Part shown: one piece after another, positions 43,061 to 51,393 of the stretch
Position numbering within the stretch: position 1 is the stretch's first letter
Layout of the letters: every line of letters starts with the position of its first letter
NCBI GenBank assembly: GCA_038062455.1
Contig: JBBTXE010000001.1
Span: 381,760-445,759 of the forward strand
Origin: Patescibacteria group bacterium
Lineage (GTDB): Bacteria > Patescibacteriota > Microgenomatia > UBA12405
Reading direction: 5' to 3'
DNA length: 64,000 bases
Notes under the pieces: generated by a model
The model's database searches: none
The model's input: the letters and a program-made list of their open reading frames with translations, nothing else
Told to the model about the DNA's origin: nothing
Position numbers and translations under genes: made by a program

Positions 43061-43872
43061 CTAAATAAATTTACCATATTAATTATCTTTTCTCCCCATC
43101 CAAAAGCCACTCCTGTCCCCAAAATCAAAAACGGCCCAAAAGGAATCGGGTCAGTCTTTTTATTTTTTTTCAATATCAAAAGTATTACCGATACCAACGC
43201 CCCAACCACAAAGGCCAAATAGCCAGCTACCACCACTTTGGGAAATCCCAAAAAAAGACCGGAAAATATGGCATATTTAACATCGCCCATCCCCATTGCC
43301 TCTGATCCCCGAATCCTGATTCTATTCAGGATAAAAAAGAAACTCCCGCTTCCCACCCCTGACAATAAATACACCCAATAGTTTTCCCGACCAACCAACA
43401 TCGCCAAAGCCAATCCTATTAACAAATAATTAGCCATATCCGGCAAAATCATGTATTTCAAATCAAACACCAAAGAAAAAATCAACAAAGAGGTAATTAA
43501 TAAATACATTATTAATTCGTAATTTTGAGCCATGCGAAATCCTGTGGACGTAATTCGTAATTCGTAATTTAATAGAAATAATAACCCAGTCATTATTTCT
43601 ATTACCGGATATTCCCGGGGCAGGGGATTATCGCAACATCTTGTTTTTCCTTTCTGCATTACCCACGACAATACCGGTATATTTTCATACCACTTCAGCT
43701 GTTTCCCGCAATAATCACAAAAGGACCGACCACCAAAGTCATTGCGAGGAATCCGCCGTGGCGGACGACGAAGCAATCTGTATTTTACCGCCGTCCGATA
43801 CACCATCATATTAATAAAACTCCCCACCGCCAATCCCAAAACAAAAATCATTATTCCCAAAAACATTCCCAC
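43057..43872 (-). CDS. pilD: prepilin peptidase (A24 family)
   Basis: CDYCGKQLKWYENIPVLSWVMQKGKTRCC is the N-terminal zinc-binding Cys motif. MGMGDVKYAIFSGLFLGFP is the second catalytic Asp region. Multiple TM helices. Confidence 0.8.
   Translation of the reverse strand: MGMFLGIMIFVLGLAVGSFINMMVYRTAVKYRLLRRPPRRIPRNDFGGRSFCDYCGKQLKWYENIPVLSWVMQKGKTRCCDNPLPREYPVIEIMTGLLFLLNYELRITSTGFRMAQNYELIMYLLITSLLIFSLVFDLKYMILPDMANYLLIGLALAMLVGRENYWVYLLSGVGSGSFFFILNRIRIRGSEAMGMGDVKYAIFSGLFLGFPKVVVAGYLAFVVGALVSVILLILKKNKKTDPIPFGPFLILGTGVAFGWGEKIINMVNLFR
43513..43570. repeat. 58-bp repeat (taattcgtaattttgagccatgcgaaatcctgtggacgtaatt...) lying in frame inside pilD; second copy at 49788-49835
   Basis: ~41 bp identical to the intergenic copy plus related TTCGTAATT tails. 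Encodes NYELRITSTGFRMAQNYELI. Confidence 0.75.
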
Positions 43873-43885
43873 ACTTTATTTTAAA

Positions 43886-43911
43886 CTAAAAAACCCCCGC
43901 CACAGCGGGGG
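43886..43911 (-). terminator. rho-independent terminator downstream of pilA (minus strand)
   Basis: On the minus strand, hairpin cccccgc-tgtg-gcggggg is followed by TTTTTAGTTT. Confidence 0.6.
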
Positions 43912-43931
43912 TTCCAAAAACCAGATCTAAA

Positions 43932-44603
43932 TTAGATATTTCCCTCTGGTACACACAAAAGATTAGCCCTTGTCGCCGCCGGCAATAAATCAGCCGTCGT
44001 TGTCCAATTCGTTTCAGTCATAGCGATACAAAGACCTGCATTACCCCCCAGGTTATATAAAGCAGCACTAGCCCCAGAAGCCGGATTCATGCATTTTAAA
44101 TTAGCCGCCACACTACCGGACCGATTAGCTTTAGCCTTAGGTACAAAACAAACATAGTTTGAATCCGACCCGTTGTGATACACATACAACCGGTCAACTC
44201 CAGCCACAGCCGTCGTAAAAGGTTCTTTGCCTACAAACGAAGTTTTAAGTTCCGAAGTCTTGATCAGCTCGCCATTCGTGGTTCCAACCCCACCCGCTCC
44301 CAGAACTCCAAACAGCGGATCAGTGCCTCCCACCGCAATCTTCGTTCCTGAATCCACTGTCGTGCCCACTCCCAGACTAACCGAATTCCAGGGATAATTA
44401 TTTTGTGAAGCAAAATACCTCTCATAGGCCGACAATACCTCGGCCGCATCATTCTTAAACTTAGCATCCCGAGCTTTATTAGTCTGCTCAATTGGGTTAA
44501 TCGTCGCCAACACCGCCACTGACAAAATGGCAATTAAAGCTATAACTATTAAGAGTTCCACCAAGGTGAAACCAGTACTTACTGCATTTTTTATTCTTTT
44601 CAT
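43932..44603 (-). CDS. pilA: major type IV pilin (canonical leader MKRIKNAVSTG|FTLVELLIV)
   Basis: Classical G|F cleavage site and an N-methyl-Phe hydrophobic helix. Followed by a strong terminator. Confidence 0.7.
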   Translation of the reverse strand: MKRIKNAVSTGFTLVELLIVIALIAILSVAVLATINPIEQTNKARDAKFKNDAAEVLSAYERYFASQNNYPWNSVSLGVGTTVDSGTKIAVGGTDPLFGVLGAGGVGTTNGELIKTSELKTSFVGKEPFTTAVAGVDRLYVYHNGSDSNYVCFVPKAKANRSGSVAANLKCMNPASGASAALYNLGGNAGLCIAMTETNWTTTADLLPAATRANLLCVPEGNI

Positions 44604-44620
44604 AACTTAATTAAAAACTA

Positions 44621-45835
44621 TTAAAAGGAACTTGTCAAATTATAAATCGGCATTACCACCGCCACCACCAGAAATCCCACCCCGATACCTAAAACCATCA
44701 TGATCAATGGTTCAATGGCCGCCGTGAGCGACGCCACCGCCTGTTCGGCCTCAGTCGAAAAATAACTGGCCACCTTTAAAAGTACTTCATCCAATTTCCC
44801 GGTTGCCTCCCCGGTGGCTATCATTTGAGTTACTATTACCGGAAATACGGCTGTATTTTCAAAAGACGCCGAAATGTTAAACCCTTTTTGGACTCTTTCG
44901 GCAATATTCAAGTAGGCTTTTTTATAAATCTCGTTTCCGGCCACCGTCGCCACTATTCTTAAAGCCTCTACCAGTGGTATTCCGGCTGTCAAAAGCATTG
45001 ACAGCGTCCGGCAGGTATTGGCCATCACCGATACCGAAATTAATTTACCGGCAATCGGAAATTTCAGCATATACTTATCCTTGTTGTATCTAAAACCGGC
45101 ATTTTTCGCCCCAAATTTAAATAATAAATACCCGCCCCCGATTACTGTCGGAAACAAAAACCAAAATTTAGCCATTAGTCCCGACACCGCCATCAGGCCC
45201 CGGGTAAGAACTGGCATCTTAGCTGTCCCAAAATCAGCATAAAGGCCAGTTAGTTTAGGGATTACAAAAATCATCATAATAAACACCACTATAATCATGC
45301 CGATAATTACAATGACAGGATAGATCATGGCTCCCTTAATTTTCCCCTTAAATTCATTTTCGTTTTCCAAATTAGTCGCCAATTTCCCCATTATTTCCTC
45401 CAATACTCCGGCCTCCTCACCCGCCGAAATTGAGGCTACATAGGCTTCCCCAAAAATGTTTTTTGATTTTAAAAGTGACTTTCCCAACGCCATCCCTCCC
45501 CGGACATCATCTAAAGTAGTCTCTAGTATATGATACAAACCTCCACTCTCTTCCTGTTGGTTTTTTAACAAAGCTAACGAATCGGTCAGAGGTAACCCCG
45601 CCGCCATCATGGTAGCTAATTGCCGGGTCAAGGCGGCTACTTGTTTTGAAGTTACCCTTCCCTTTATTTTTCTGACAAACTCCGAGGCTAAATCACCGCT
45701 TTTCAACCACACCCCCAAAGGCACTAAACCATTGGCCCGCAATGATTCCACCACCCCTTTTTCATTGGACGAATCCATTTCCCCTTTAACTATTTTTCCT
45801 CCCCAATCCTTTGACCGATAAACATATTTAGCCAT
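44621..45835 (-). CDS. pilC: type IV pilus inner-membrane platform protein PilC (two T2SSF domains)
   Basis: 404 aa with a duplicated GspF-type domain and TM helices. The C-terminus is ...MPIYNLTSSF. Confidence 0.75.
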   Translation of the reverse strand: MAKYVYRSKDWGGKIVKGEMDSSNEKGVVESLRANGLVPLGVWLKSGDLASEFVRKIKGRVTSKQVAALTRQLATMMAAGLPLTDSLALLKNQQEESGGLYHILETTLDDVRGGMALGKSLLKSKNIFGEAYVASISAGEEAGVLEEIMGKLATNLENENEFKGKIKGAMIYPVIVIIGMIIVVFIMMIFVIPKLTGLYADFGTAKMPVLTRGLMAVSGLMAKFWFLFPTVIGGGYLLFKFGAKNAGFRYNKDKYMLKFPIAGKLISVSVMANTCRTLSMLLTAGIPLVEALRIVATVAGNEIYKKAYLNIAERVQKGFNISASFENTAVFPVIVTQMIATGEATGKLDEVLLKVASYFSTEAEQAVASLTAAIEPLIMMVLGIGVGFLVVAVVMPIYNLTSSF

Positions 45836-46904
45836 TTTCTGCCGTTTTCATTCTTAAATTACTTTGTAACTCCAAAGGCTTCAGGGCATATTCCATCGCC
45901 ACCGCTTCTTCTATTTGATTGTTTCGTACCAATTTTGCCAGCGACATTTCCAAACTAATCATCCCCAAATCGCTTCCGGTTTGGATGACATTATCAATCA
46001 TAAATGTTTTCCCCTCCCGAATCATGTTTCGGACAGCGCTGGTTACCACCAATATCTCCACTGCCGGCGCCCGGCCGCCGTTTTTTGTTGGTACCAATCT
46101 TTGGGAAATTACCGCCATCAATACCGATGCTAATTGAGTTCTGATTTGGGACTTTGACCCTTCGGGAAATACATCAATAATCCGATCAATTGTCTGTGAG
46201 GCCGAATTGGTATGCAAAGTCGAAAAAACCAAATGTCCGGTTTCAGCCACAGTTAAAGCGAGCTGAATTGTTTCCAAATCTCTCATCTCTCCCACAAACA
46301 CCACATTCGGGTCCTGGCGCAATACCGAGCGAAGAGCTTTTCCAAAACTTTTTGTATCTCCCCCCAACTCCCGTTGGGCAATTAGCGCCTTTACCGGTTT
46401 GATTATATATTCCACCGGGTCCTCGATAGTCACTATATGACAGCTATTGTTCATATTTATTTCATTAATCATTGCCGCCACTGTAGTTGACTTTCCCTGT
46501 CCTGTCGGGCCCGTCACCAAAACTAAACCCTGCTTGCTTTTCAGAAAAGTTTTTAACACCAGGGGCATACCTAAACTGTCCAACACCGGTACTTGGGCCG
46601 GAATCACCCTCAACACCGCCCCCACTCGACCGCTTTGCCGATACATATTACATCTAAATCGACTATCTTCCAGACTGATTGAAAAATCCAGTTCTTTTTC
46701 TTCGGCAAAATATTTTTGTTGCTCCTCATTCAATAATGACGAAATCATGTCCTGCATATTCTCCGTACCGGAAAAAGAAAAATTTCCCACTACCTGCAAT
46801 TTCCCGTTTATCCGAAAAGACGGCGCTGTTTCCGAAGATAAATGGACATCTGATGCCTTATTAACCACCGCCAGTTTTAATAATTCTTCAATTTTTGAAT
46901 GCAT
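45828..46904 (-). CDS. pilT: twitching-motility retraction ATPase PilT
   Basis: GPTGQGKSTT is Walker A. The Asp box, His box and the compact 358-aa length are typical of PilT rather than PilB. Confidence 0.75.
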   Translation of the reverse strand: MHSKIEELLKLAVVNKASDVHLSSETAPSFRINGKLQVVGNFSFSGTENMQDMISSLLNEEQQKYFAEEKELDFSISLEDSRFRCNMYRQSGRVGAVLRVIPAQVPVLDSLGMPLVLKTFLKSKQGLVLVTGPTGQGKSTTVAAMINEINMNNSCHIVTIEDPVEYIIKPVKALIAQRELGGDTKSFGKALRSVLRQDPNVVFVGEMRDLETIQLALTVAETGHLVFSTLHTNSASQTIDRIIDVFPEGSKSQIRTQLASVLMAVISQRLVPTKNGGRAPAVEILVVTSAVRNMIREGKTFMIDNVIQTGSDLGMISLEMSLAKLVRNNQIEEAVAMEYALKPLELQSNLRMKTAENG

Positions 46905-46908
46905 AAAA

Positions 46909-46944
46909 CGTAGTATTACGTATCACGTATTAAGTATTACGTAT
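46909..46944. repeat. TACGTAATAC/TACTTAATAC-type tandem decamers immediately 5' of the pilT start (minus strand)
   Basis: gtattacgtatcacgtattaagtattacgtataa. The same motif family occurs at 12171, 22457, 47325 and 53475. Confidence 0.6.
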
Positions 46945-46947
46945 AAT

Positions 46948-47313
46948 TTAATAATTATTTAAAAATTTAATTAACGAATTAATCAATTTACTAACACCAA
47001 CTGACAATTCGGCTAATTTTTTAAAATCTTCAATCTTAAGATAACCCACATCCCTTCCAATCAACATCTGGTTTTGGACTTCAGTTAACGATCCTAAAGA
47101 TAAATAATAAAACTGTTTTTTTTCTAAATTTGATCTTCGGGAAAACCCTTCAGCAATATTTGAAGAAACTGATACAGCTGCCCGTCTAATTTGATCCGAT
47201 AACCCCCTCACCTCATATTTCGGAAATCCTAAAGTGGCCCTATATATCCCCAAAACCATTTTATGAGCTTCTTGCCAGGCCTTTAAATCAGTAAATGATT
47301 TTATTTTCTCCAT
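46948..47313 (-). CDS. four-helix-bundle protein (23S rRNA IVS protein family), paralog of 28179-28529
   Basis: The sequence is FTDLKAWQEAHKMVLGIYRATLGFPKYEVRGLSDQIRRAAVSVSSNIAEGFSRRS. Confidence 0.65.
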   Translation of the reverse strand: MEKIKSFTDLKAWQEAHKMVLGIYRATLGFPKYEVRGLSDQIRRAAVSVSSNIAEGFSRRSNLEKKQFYYLSLGSLTEVQNQMLIGRDVGYLKIEDFKKLAELSVGVSKLINSLIKFLNNY

Positions 47314-47324
47314 TTTTTGTATTT

Positions 47325-47362
47325 ATACTTAATACTTGATACTTAATACATAATACTAGTAT
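47325..47362. repeat. TACTTAATAC tandem decamers 5' of the four-helix-bundle gene
   Basis: atacttaatacttgatacttaatacataatactagtat. Confidence 0.6.
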
Positions 47363-49188
47363 TGAGCCACCCGAAGTACTTCCTCAATTGTGGTCACTCC
47401 CTCTAAAACTTTAACATAACCGTCTTGTTTCATCGTCAACATTCCCCCATCCATCGCCTGCTTTTGTATTACCGCCGCCGAGGCCTTTTCTACTACCAAT
47501 TTAGCAATCCGCTCACTTATAGGCATCACCTCATAAATAGCAATTCTCCCTAAATATCCAGTAGTATTACATTTATCACAACCAACCGGTTTTGGCACTG
47601 TCATCGCTTTACCCTCCTTTTTCCACTTGTCAGTCACCATTTCATAAATCGGACCCAAGGTGTCTTTTAATTCTTTTTCTACTTCCGCCGCCATTTCCGT
47701 TTGAGTAACGCAATTGGGGCAAACTTTTCTTAGCACCCGCTGGGCCACCACACAAGTTAAGGCTGAGGTTAATAAAAACGGTTCCACCCCCATATCCAAC
47801 ATCCGCGGCGGGGCTCCGGAGGCATCATTAGTATGCAAAGTCGAAAAAACCAAATGTCCGGTCAGCGAGGCATTAATTGCCAACTCCGCCGTCTCTGTAT
47901 CCCGAATTTCTCCTACCATAATCACATTTGGATCCTGCCGCAAAAAAGACCGTAAGGCCGAAGCGAAGGTTAAACCCGCCTGAACATTAACCTGGACTTG
48001 GTTAACCCCCTTCATCTGATACTCCACCGGATCCTCAATTGTCACCACATTTACCTTTGACGTCGCCACCTTGTTCAGAACCGAATACAAGGTTGTCGTC
48101 TTACCCGAACCGGTTGGTCCGCAAACGATAATAATTCCGTGAGGCCGCTCAATGGCTTCGACTAAATTTTTCAGAGCCAGCCCCCGCAGTCCCAATTCCG
48201 GCAGTGAGGGCACCTTCTGTGCTTTCCGGAGAAGCCGCATCACCACTTTTTCTCCATAAGATACCGGCAGTGTTGAAATCCGCAAATCCACCTCATTGCC
48301 ATCCGATAAAAAATTAAAACGGCCGTCCTGAGGCACCCGTTTCTCATCAATTTTTAAATTCGACAAAATCTTTACCCGTGACACCACCGCCTCCGATACG
48401 TTTCGGGGTAATACATATTTTTCCTGCAATATTCCATCAATCCGGTAACGAATCCGAACATTGTCCTCCATCGGCTCAATATGAATATCAGATGCTCTGG
48501 ATTTAAAGGCATATTCCAAAATTGTCGTTACAATTTTGGCAATTGGCGCTTCCGCTGATACCCGACGTCTTTTTTCATTTTCTACCTTTATTTCGTCAAC
48601 TTTTTGTTCATCCAAAGCCTTAGTTACTTCCGAAGTTATTCCCTTTTCTCTCTCATATTTTTCCCGGATAAAAGAGTTAATCTGCTTGGCCTCGGCCATT
48701 ACTGTTTTTATTTTCAAACCGGTTTTCTTTTCCAGAAATTCCACCGTTTCCAAATCCAGCGGATTACTCATCGCCACCCACAGGGACTTATCCTTGGGAT
48801 CCATCTGATAGGGGACTATGATATATTTTTCAGCCACACTCTGAGGTACCAATGCCAATGCTTCGGGAGCAAATCCGATGGTGGATAGATCAATAAAAGG
48901 AACCCTTAAAAATTCTGCCTTAGCTTTGATAAAATCGAAATCGCTCACCAGTCTCATTTGCAAAATTACTTCCTCCTCGCTCTCACCGCTTCCTACCTGA
49001 CGCAATTTTATTTCCTCGGACTTTTCCGGAGTTATCAGACCCTTGGCCACCAGCACCTCAGCTAGATGTTTGTATACCTTATCAGCCGGGGGCAGTTGAT
49101 TCATACTATAATCATAGTAACCTATGATGCTTTTTCCTTCAACACTTATTATCGGAAAAAACCCCAAACTCTCTGAAGAAAGTGTCAA
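47356..49188 (-). CDS. pilB: type IV pilus assembly ATPase PilB (GspE family, with N-terminal T2SSE_N domain)
   Basis: GPTGSGKTTTLY is Walker A. A CxxC...CxxC tetracysteine motif (CPNC..CDKC) is present. The N-terminal domain is ~150 aa. Confidence 0.8.
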   Translation of the reverse strand: MTLSSESLGFFPIISVEGKSIIGYYDYSMNQLPPADKVYKHLAEVLVAKGLITPEKSEEIKLRQVGSGESEEEVILQMRLVSDFDFIKAKAEFLRVPFIDLSTIGFAPEALALVPQSVAEKYIIVPYQMDPKDKSLWVAMSNPLDLETVEFLEKKTGLKIKTVMAEAKQINSFIREKYEREKGITSEVTKALDEQKVDEIKVENEKRRRVSAEAPIAKIVTTILEYAFKSRASDIHIEPMEDNVRIRYRIDGILQEKYVLPRNVSEAVVSRVKILSNLKIDEKRVPQDGRFNFLSDGNEVDLRISTLPVSYGEKVVMRLLRKAQKVPSLPELGLRGLALKNLVEAIERPHGIIIVCGPTGSGKTTTLYSVLNKVATSKVNVVTIEDPVEYQMKGVNQVQVNVQAGLTFASALRSFLRQDPNVIMVGEIRDTETAELAINASLTGHLVFSTLHTNDASGAPPRMLDMGVEPFLLTSALTCVVAQRVLRKVCPNCVTQTEMAAEVEKELKDTLGPIYEMVTDKWKKEGKAMTVPKPVGCDKCNTTGYLGRIAIYEVMPISERIAKLVVEKASAAVIQKQAMDGGMLTMKQDGYVKVLEGVTTIEEVLRVAQY

Positions 49189-49765
49189 AACTCTCCTCGT
49201 TCCGCTTAATCACCGCCTTGACCACAATCCCGACCTTCTTATCATCGATCAAAACAGCGGTTGGGGAATCGATGTTATCCGCACTATCAATACCTTTCTT
49301 TGCCAAAAACCCTACTCTCATTCCTCCCGGGTCATTCTTATCCGGCAACTGGAAAATTTAGAAACTGAAGCCCAAAATGCTCTTTTAAAAAATCTTGAAG
49401 AGCCGGGGGTTAATCGTTTCTTTATTCTAACTGCCACTAACCCCAAACTGATTCTGTCCACTATTATTTCCCGCTGTCATCTAATTTCTACTTCAAATTC
49501 TCCCAACTTAAATTCCCATTCGGTCTGGTCTCTGCCTGAAAACATCAAAGAAATCCTGGCCATGGCCGACAGTCTAAACGCTGACAAATCGCTGATTAAA
49601 GCTCTGCTTCAAGAACAACTACAAATAAACCAACAATTATTACTAAACTCGGCTGACCCTAAAATCGCCGATACTATAAATCTCCTAATTAAATCAATTG
49701 ATTTAATCAATCACCACGTCGACCCCAAATCGGCTCTGGATTACTATTTGCTCAAGCAAATATAA
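49124..49765 (+). CDS. DNA polymerase III delta-prime-like subunit (short form lacking an obvious Walker A)
   Basis: NALLKNLEEPGVNRFFILTATNPKLILSTIISRC is the clamp-loader sensor-2 region (NALLKTLEEP....TIRSRC). Its start overlaps the pilB 5' end, so the true start may be downstream. Confidence 0.45.
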   Translation: MMLFPSTLIIGKNPKLSEESVKTLLVPLNHRLDHNPDLLIIDQNSGWGIDVIRTINTFLCQKPYSHSSRVILIRQLENLETEAQNALLKNLEEPGVNRFFILTATNPKLILSTIISRCHLISTSNSPNLNSHSVWSLPENIKEILAMADSLNADKSLIKALLQEQLQINQQLLLNSADPKIADTINLLIKSIDLINHHVDPKSALDYYLLKQI

Positions 49766-49787
49766 ACCCACCGACTCTAATTCGTAA

Positions 49788-49835
49788 TTTTGAGCCTTGC
49801 GAAATCCTGTGGACGTAATTTGAAATTCGTAATTG
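49788..49835. repeat. intergenic copy of the 43513-43570 repeat
   Basis: taattcgtaattttgagccttgcgaaatcctgtggacgtaatttgaaattcgtaattg. Confidence 0.75.
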
Positions 49836-49894
49836 ATTTTGATTTCCGCACTTTTCCCTCATTTACAACAAAAAATTTGGTATAATAGCCCAAG

Positions 49895-51025
49895 ATGTTT
49901 TCGCCTGTTCTTACCATCAATAATCGAATTCTAAAAAATATTGGCGCCATCGAAGCCGCCCGGGCCATTATCGACGAGGCTCCACTGATTCCCGCCTACG
50001 AGCGCCAATTCCAGCAGGAAGCCATTATTAGAACCGTCCACTTTGGTACCCGTATCGAAGGCAACGACCTAACCTATCAGGAAGTCGCCAAATTAGTCGA
50101 AGGTAGAGACATCACCGCCGGGGAACGCGATATTCAGGAAGTCATTAATTATCGAAATTGCATGAGCTACCTTGAAGAACTATGGGCGCTCTTTGACGCC
50201 GGTATGCCTCTACCTGAAGAGAAATTTAACCCAAATTTGGACAAAAAAGACCGTATCTTTTTTTACAGTGAAACCATTATCAAAAAAATCCACGCCTTAA
50301 CCACCGACAAAATTATTCCCGCCACCGAAACCGGCAAATACCGCCGCCAGCAGGTAGTTTTGAAAAACACCCGCACCGGTGAAATTGCCCACCGCCCCCC
50401 ACCGGCCATCGAAGTACCCTACCTCATGTCTGATTTTATCGATTGGATCAATAACCCCGAATCCCGGGAAATCCACCCGGCAATAAGAAGCGCCATTGCC
50501 CATTATATTTTAGTCGCCATTCATCCTTTTATTGAAGGTAATGGCCGCTGTTCCCGGGCCTTTGCCATTCTCCCTCTCTATGTTGAAGGTTATGATATCC
50601 GCCGTCTATTTTCCCTGGAAGAATACTTTGACCGCAACGCCGAAAATTATTACAACACTATCCAATCTACCCATGAACTAAACTCCGATCTTTTCCGCCG
50701 GGATCTTTCCCGCTGGATCGAATATTTTACCGAAGCTCTCGGCGCCGAACTCTCCCGAATCAAAGACAAAGTCCAATCCCTCTCCCGTGACTTAAAATTC
50801 AAACAAAAACTCGGGGGAAAACAAGTCCACTTGACCGAACGCCAAATTAAATTAGTCGAATATATGCAGCAATTCGGTGGCTTACGGATGCCTGATGCTA
50901 AATCTTTACTTCCCATGGTCAGCGATGACACTATCTGGCGCGATCTAAAGAAACTCATTGACGACAAAGTCTGTGTCAAAAAAGGTTCCACTAAAGGCGC
51001 CTACTACACCCTCGCCAGTATTTAG
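49895..51025 (+). CDS. Fic-domain protein (AMPylase/phosphocholinase family) with a C-terminal wHTH-like domain
   Basis: HPFIEGNGRCSRAF is the canonical Fic motif HPFx(D/E)GNGR. An N-terminal TRIEGN may be an inhibitory-helix-like motif (uncertain). Confidence 0.75.
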   Translation: MFSPVLTINNRILKNIGAIEAARAIIDEAPLIPAYERQFQQEAIIRTVHFGTRIEGNDLTYQEVAKLVEGRDITAGERDIQEVINYRNCMSYLEELWALFDAGMPLPEEKFNPNLDKKDRIFFYSETIIKKIHALTTDKIIPATETGKYRRQQVVLKNTRTGEIAHRPPPAIEVPYLMSDFIDWINNPESREIHPAIRSAIAHYILVAIHPFIEGNGRCSRAFAILPLYVEGYDIRRLFSLEEYFDRNAENYYNTIQSTHELNSDLFRRDLSRWIEYFTEALGAELSRIKDKVQSLSRDLKFKQKLGGKQVHLTERQIKLVEYMQQFGGLRMPDAKSLLPMVSDDTIWRDLKKLIDDKVCVKKGSTKGAYYTLASI

Positions 51026-51351
51026 CTCAAAGAAACCACCCCAAACACCTTCTTCTCCAGCTTTCCGATTCTGTCTCTATCCTCTACGATTTGGTTTGTT
51101 GTGATATCCCTAAAATCTCGATTATCCCTAACTTCCGATGCTAAACCATCAACAATATTGTGCATCTCACTTAAAAATTTTGTTTGTTCATCTTTAAGCT
51201 CATACTTTAGTTTGGTAATTTCGTTTTGTAACTTTGCATCAGTTACCACCGCCAAATTTTTCGTTAACACTTCCGTTAAATCCTTTTTTAACTCATTTTT
51301 CAATTTTTCCCCATCTTTTTTTGAAAAATACTTATCCACTTTCTGTTTCAT
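51022..51351 (-). CDS. hypothetical coiled-coil protein
   Basis: 109-aa Lys/Glu-rich ORF convergent with fic. Confidence 0.3.
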   Translation of the reverse strand: MKQKVDKYFSKKDGEKLKNELKKDLTEVLTKNLAVVTDAKLQNEITKLKYELKDEQTKFLSEMHNIVDGLASEVRDNRDFRDITTNQIVEDRDRIGKLEKKVFGVVSLS

Positions 51352-51393
51352 GTAAAGATTCTACACCACCCTTTAACCATGTAAAATATATCA

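Noticed and set aside
49124-51351. Prophage or phage-defence island suggested by Fic plus a clamp-loader-like gene
   Set aside because: There are no capsid, terminase, integrase or repressor genes. The holB-like gene is a normal cellular component, and Fic alone does not define a prophage.
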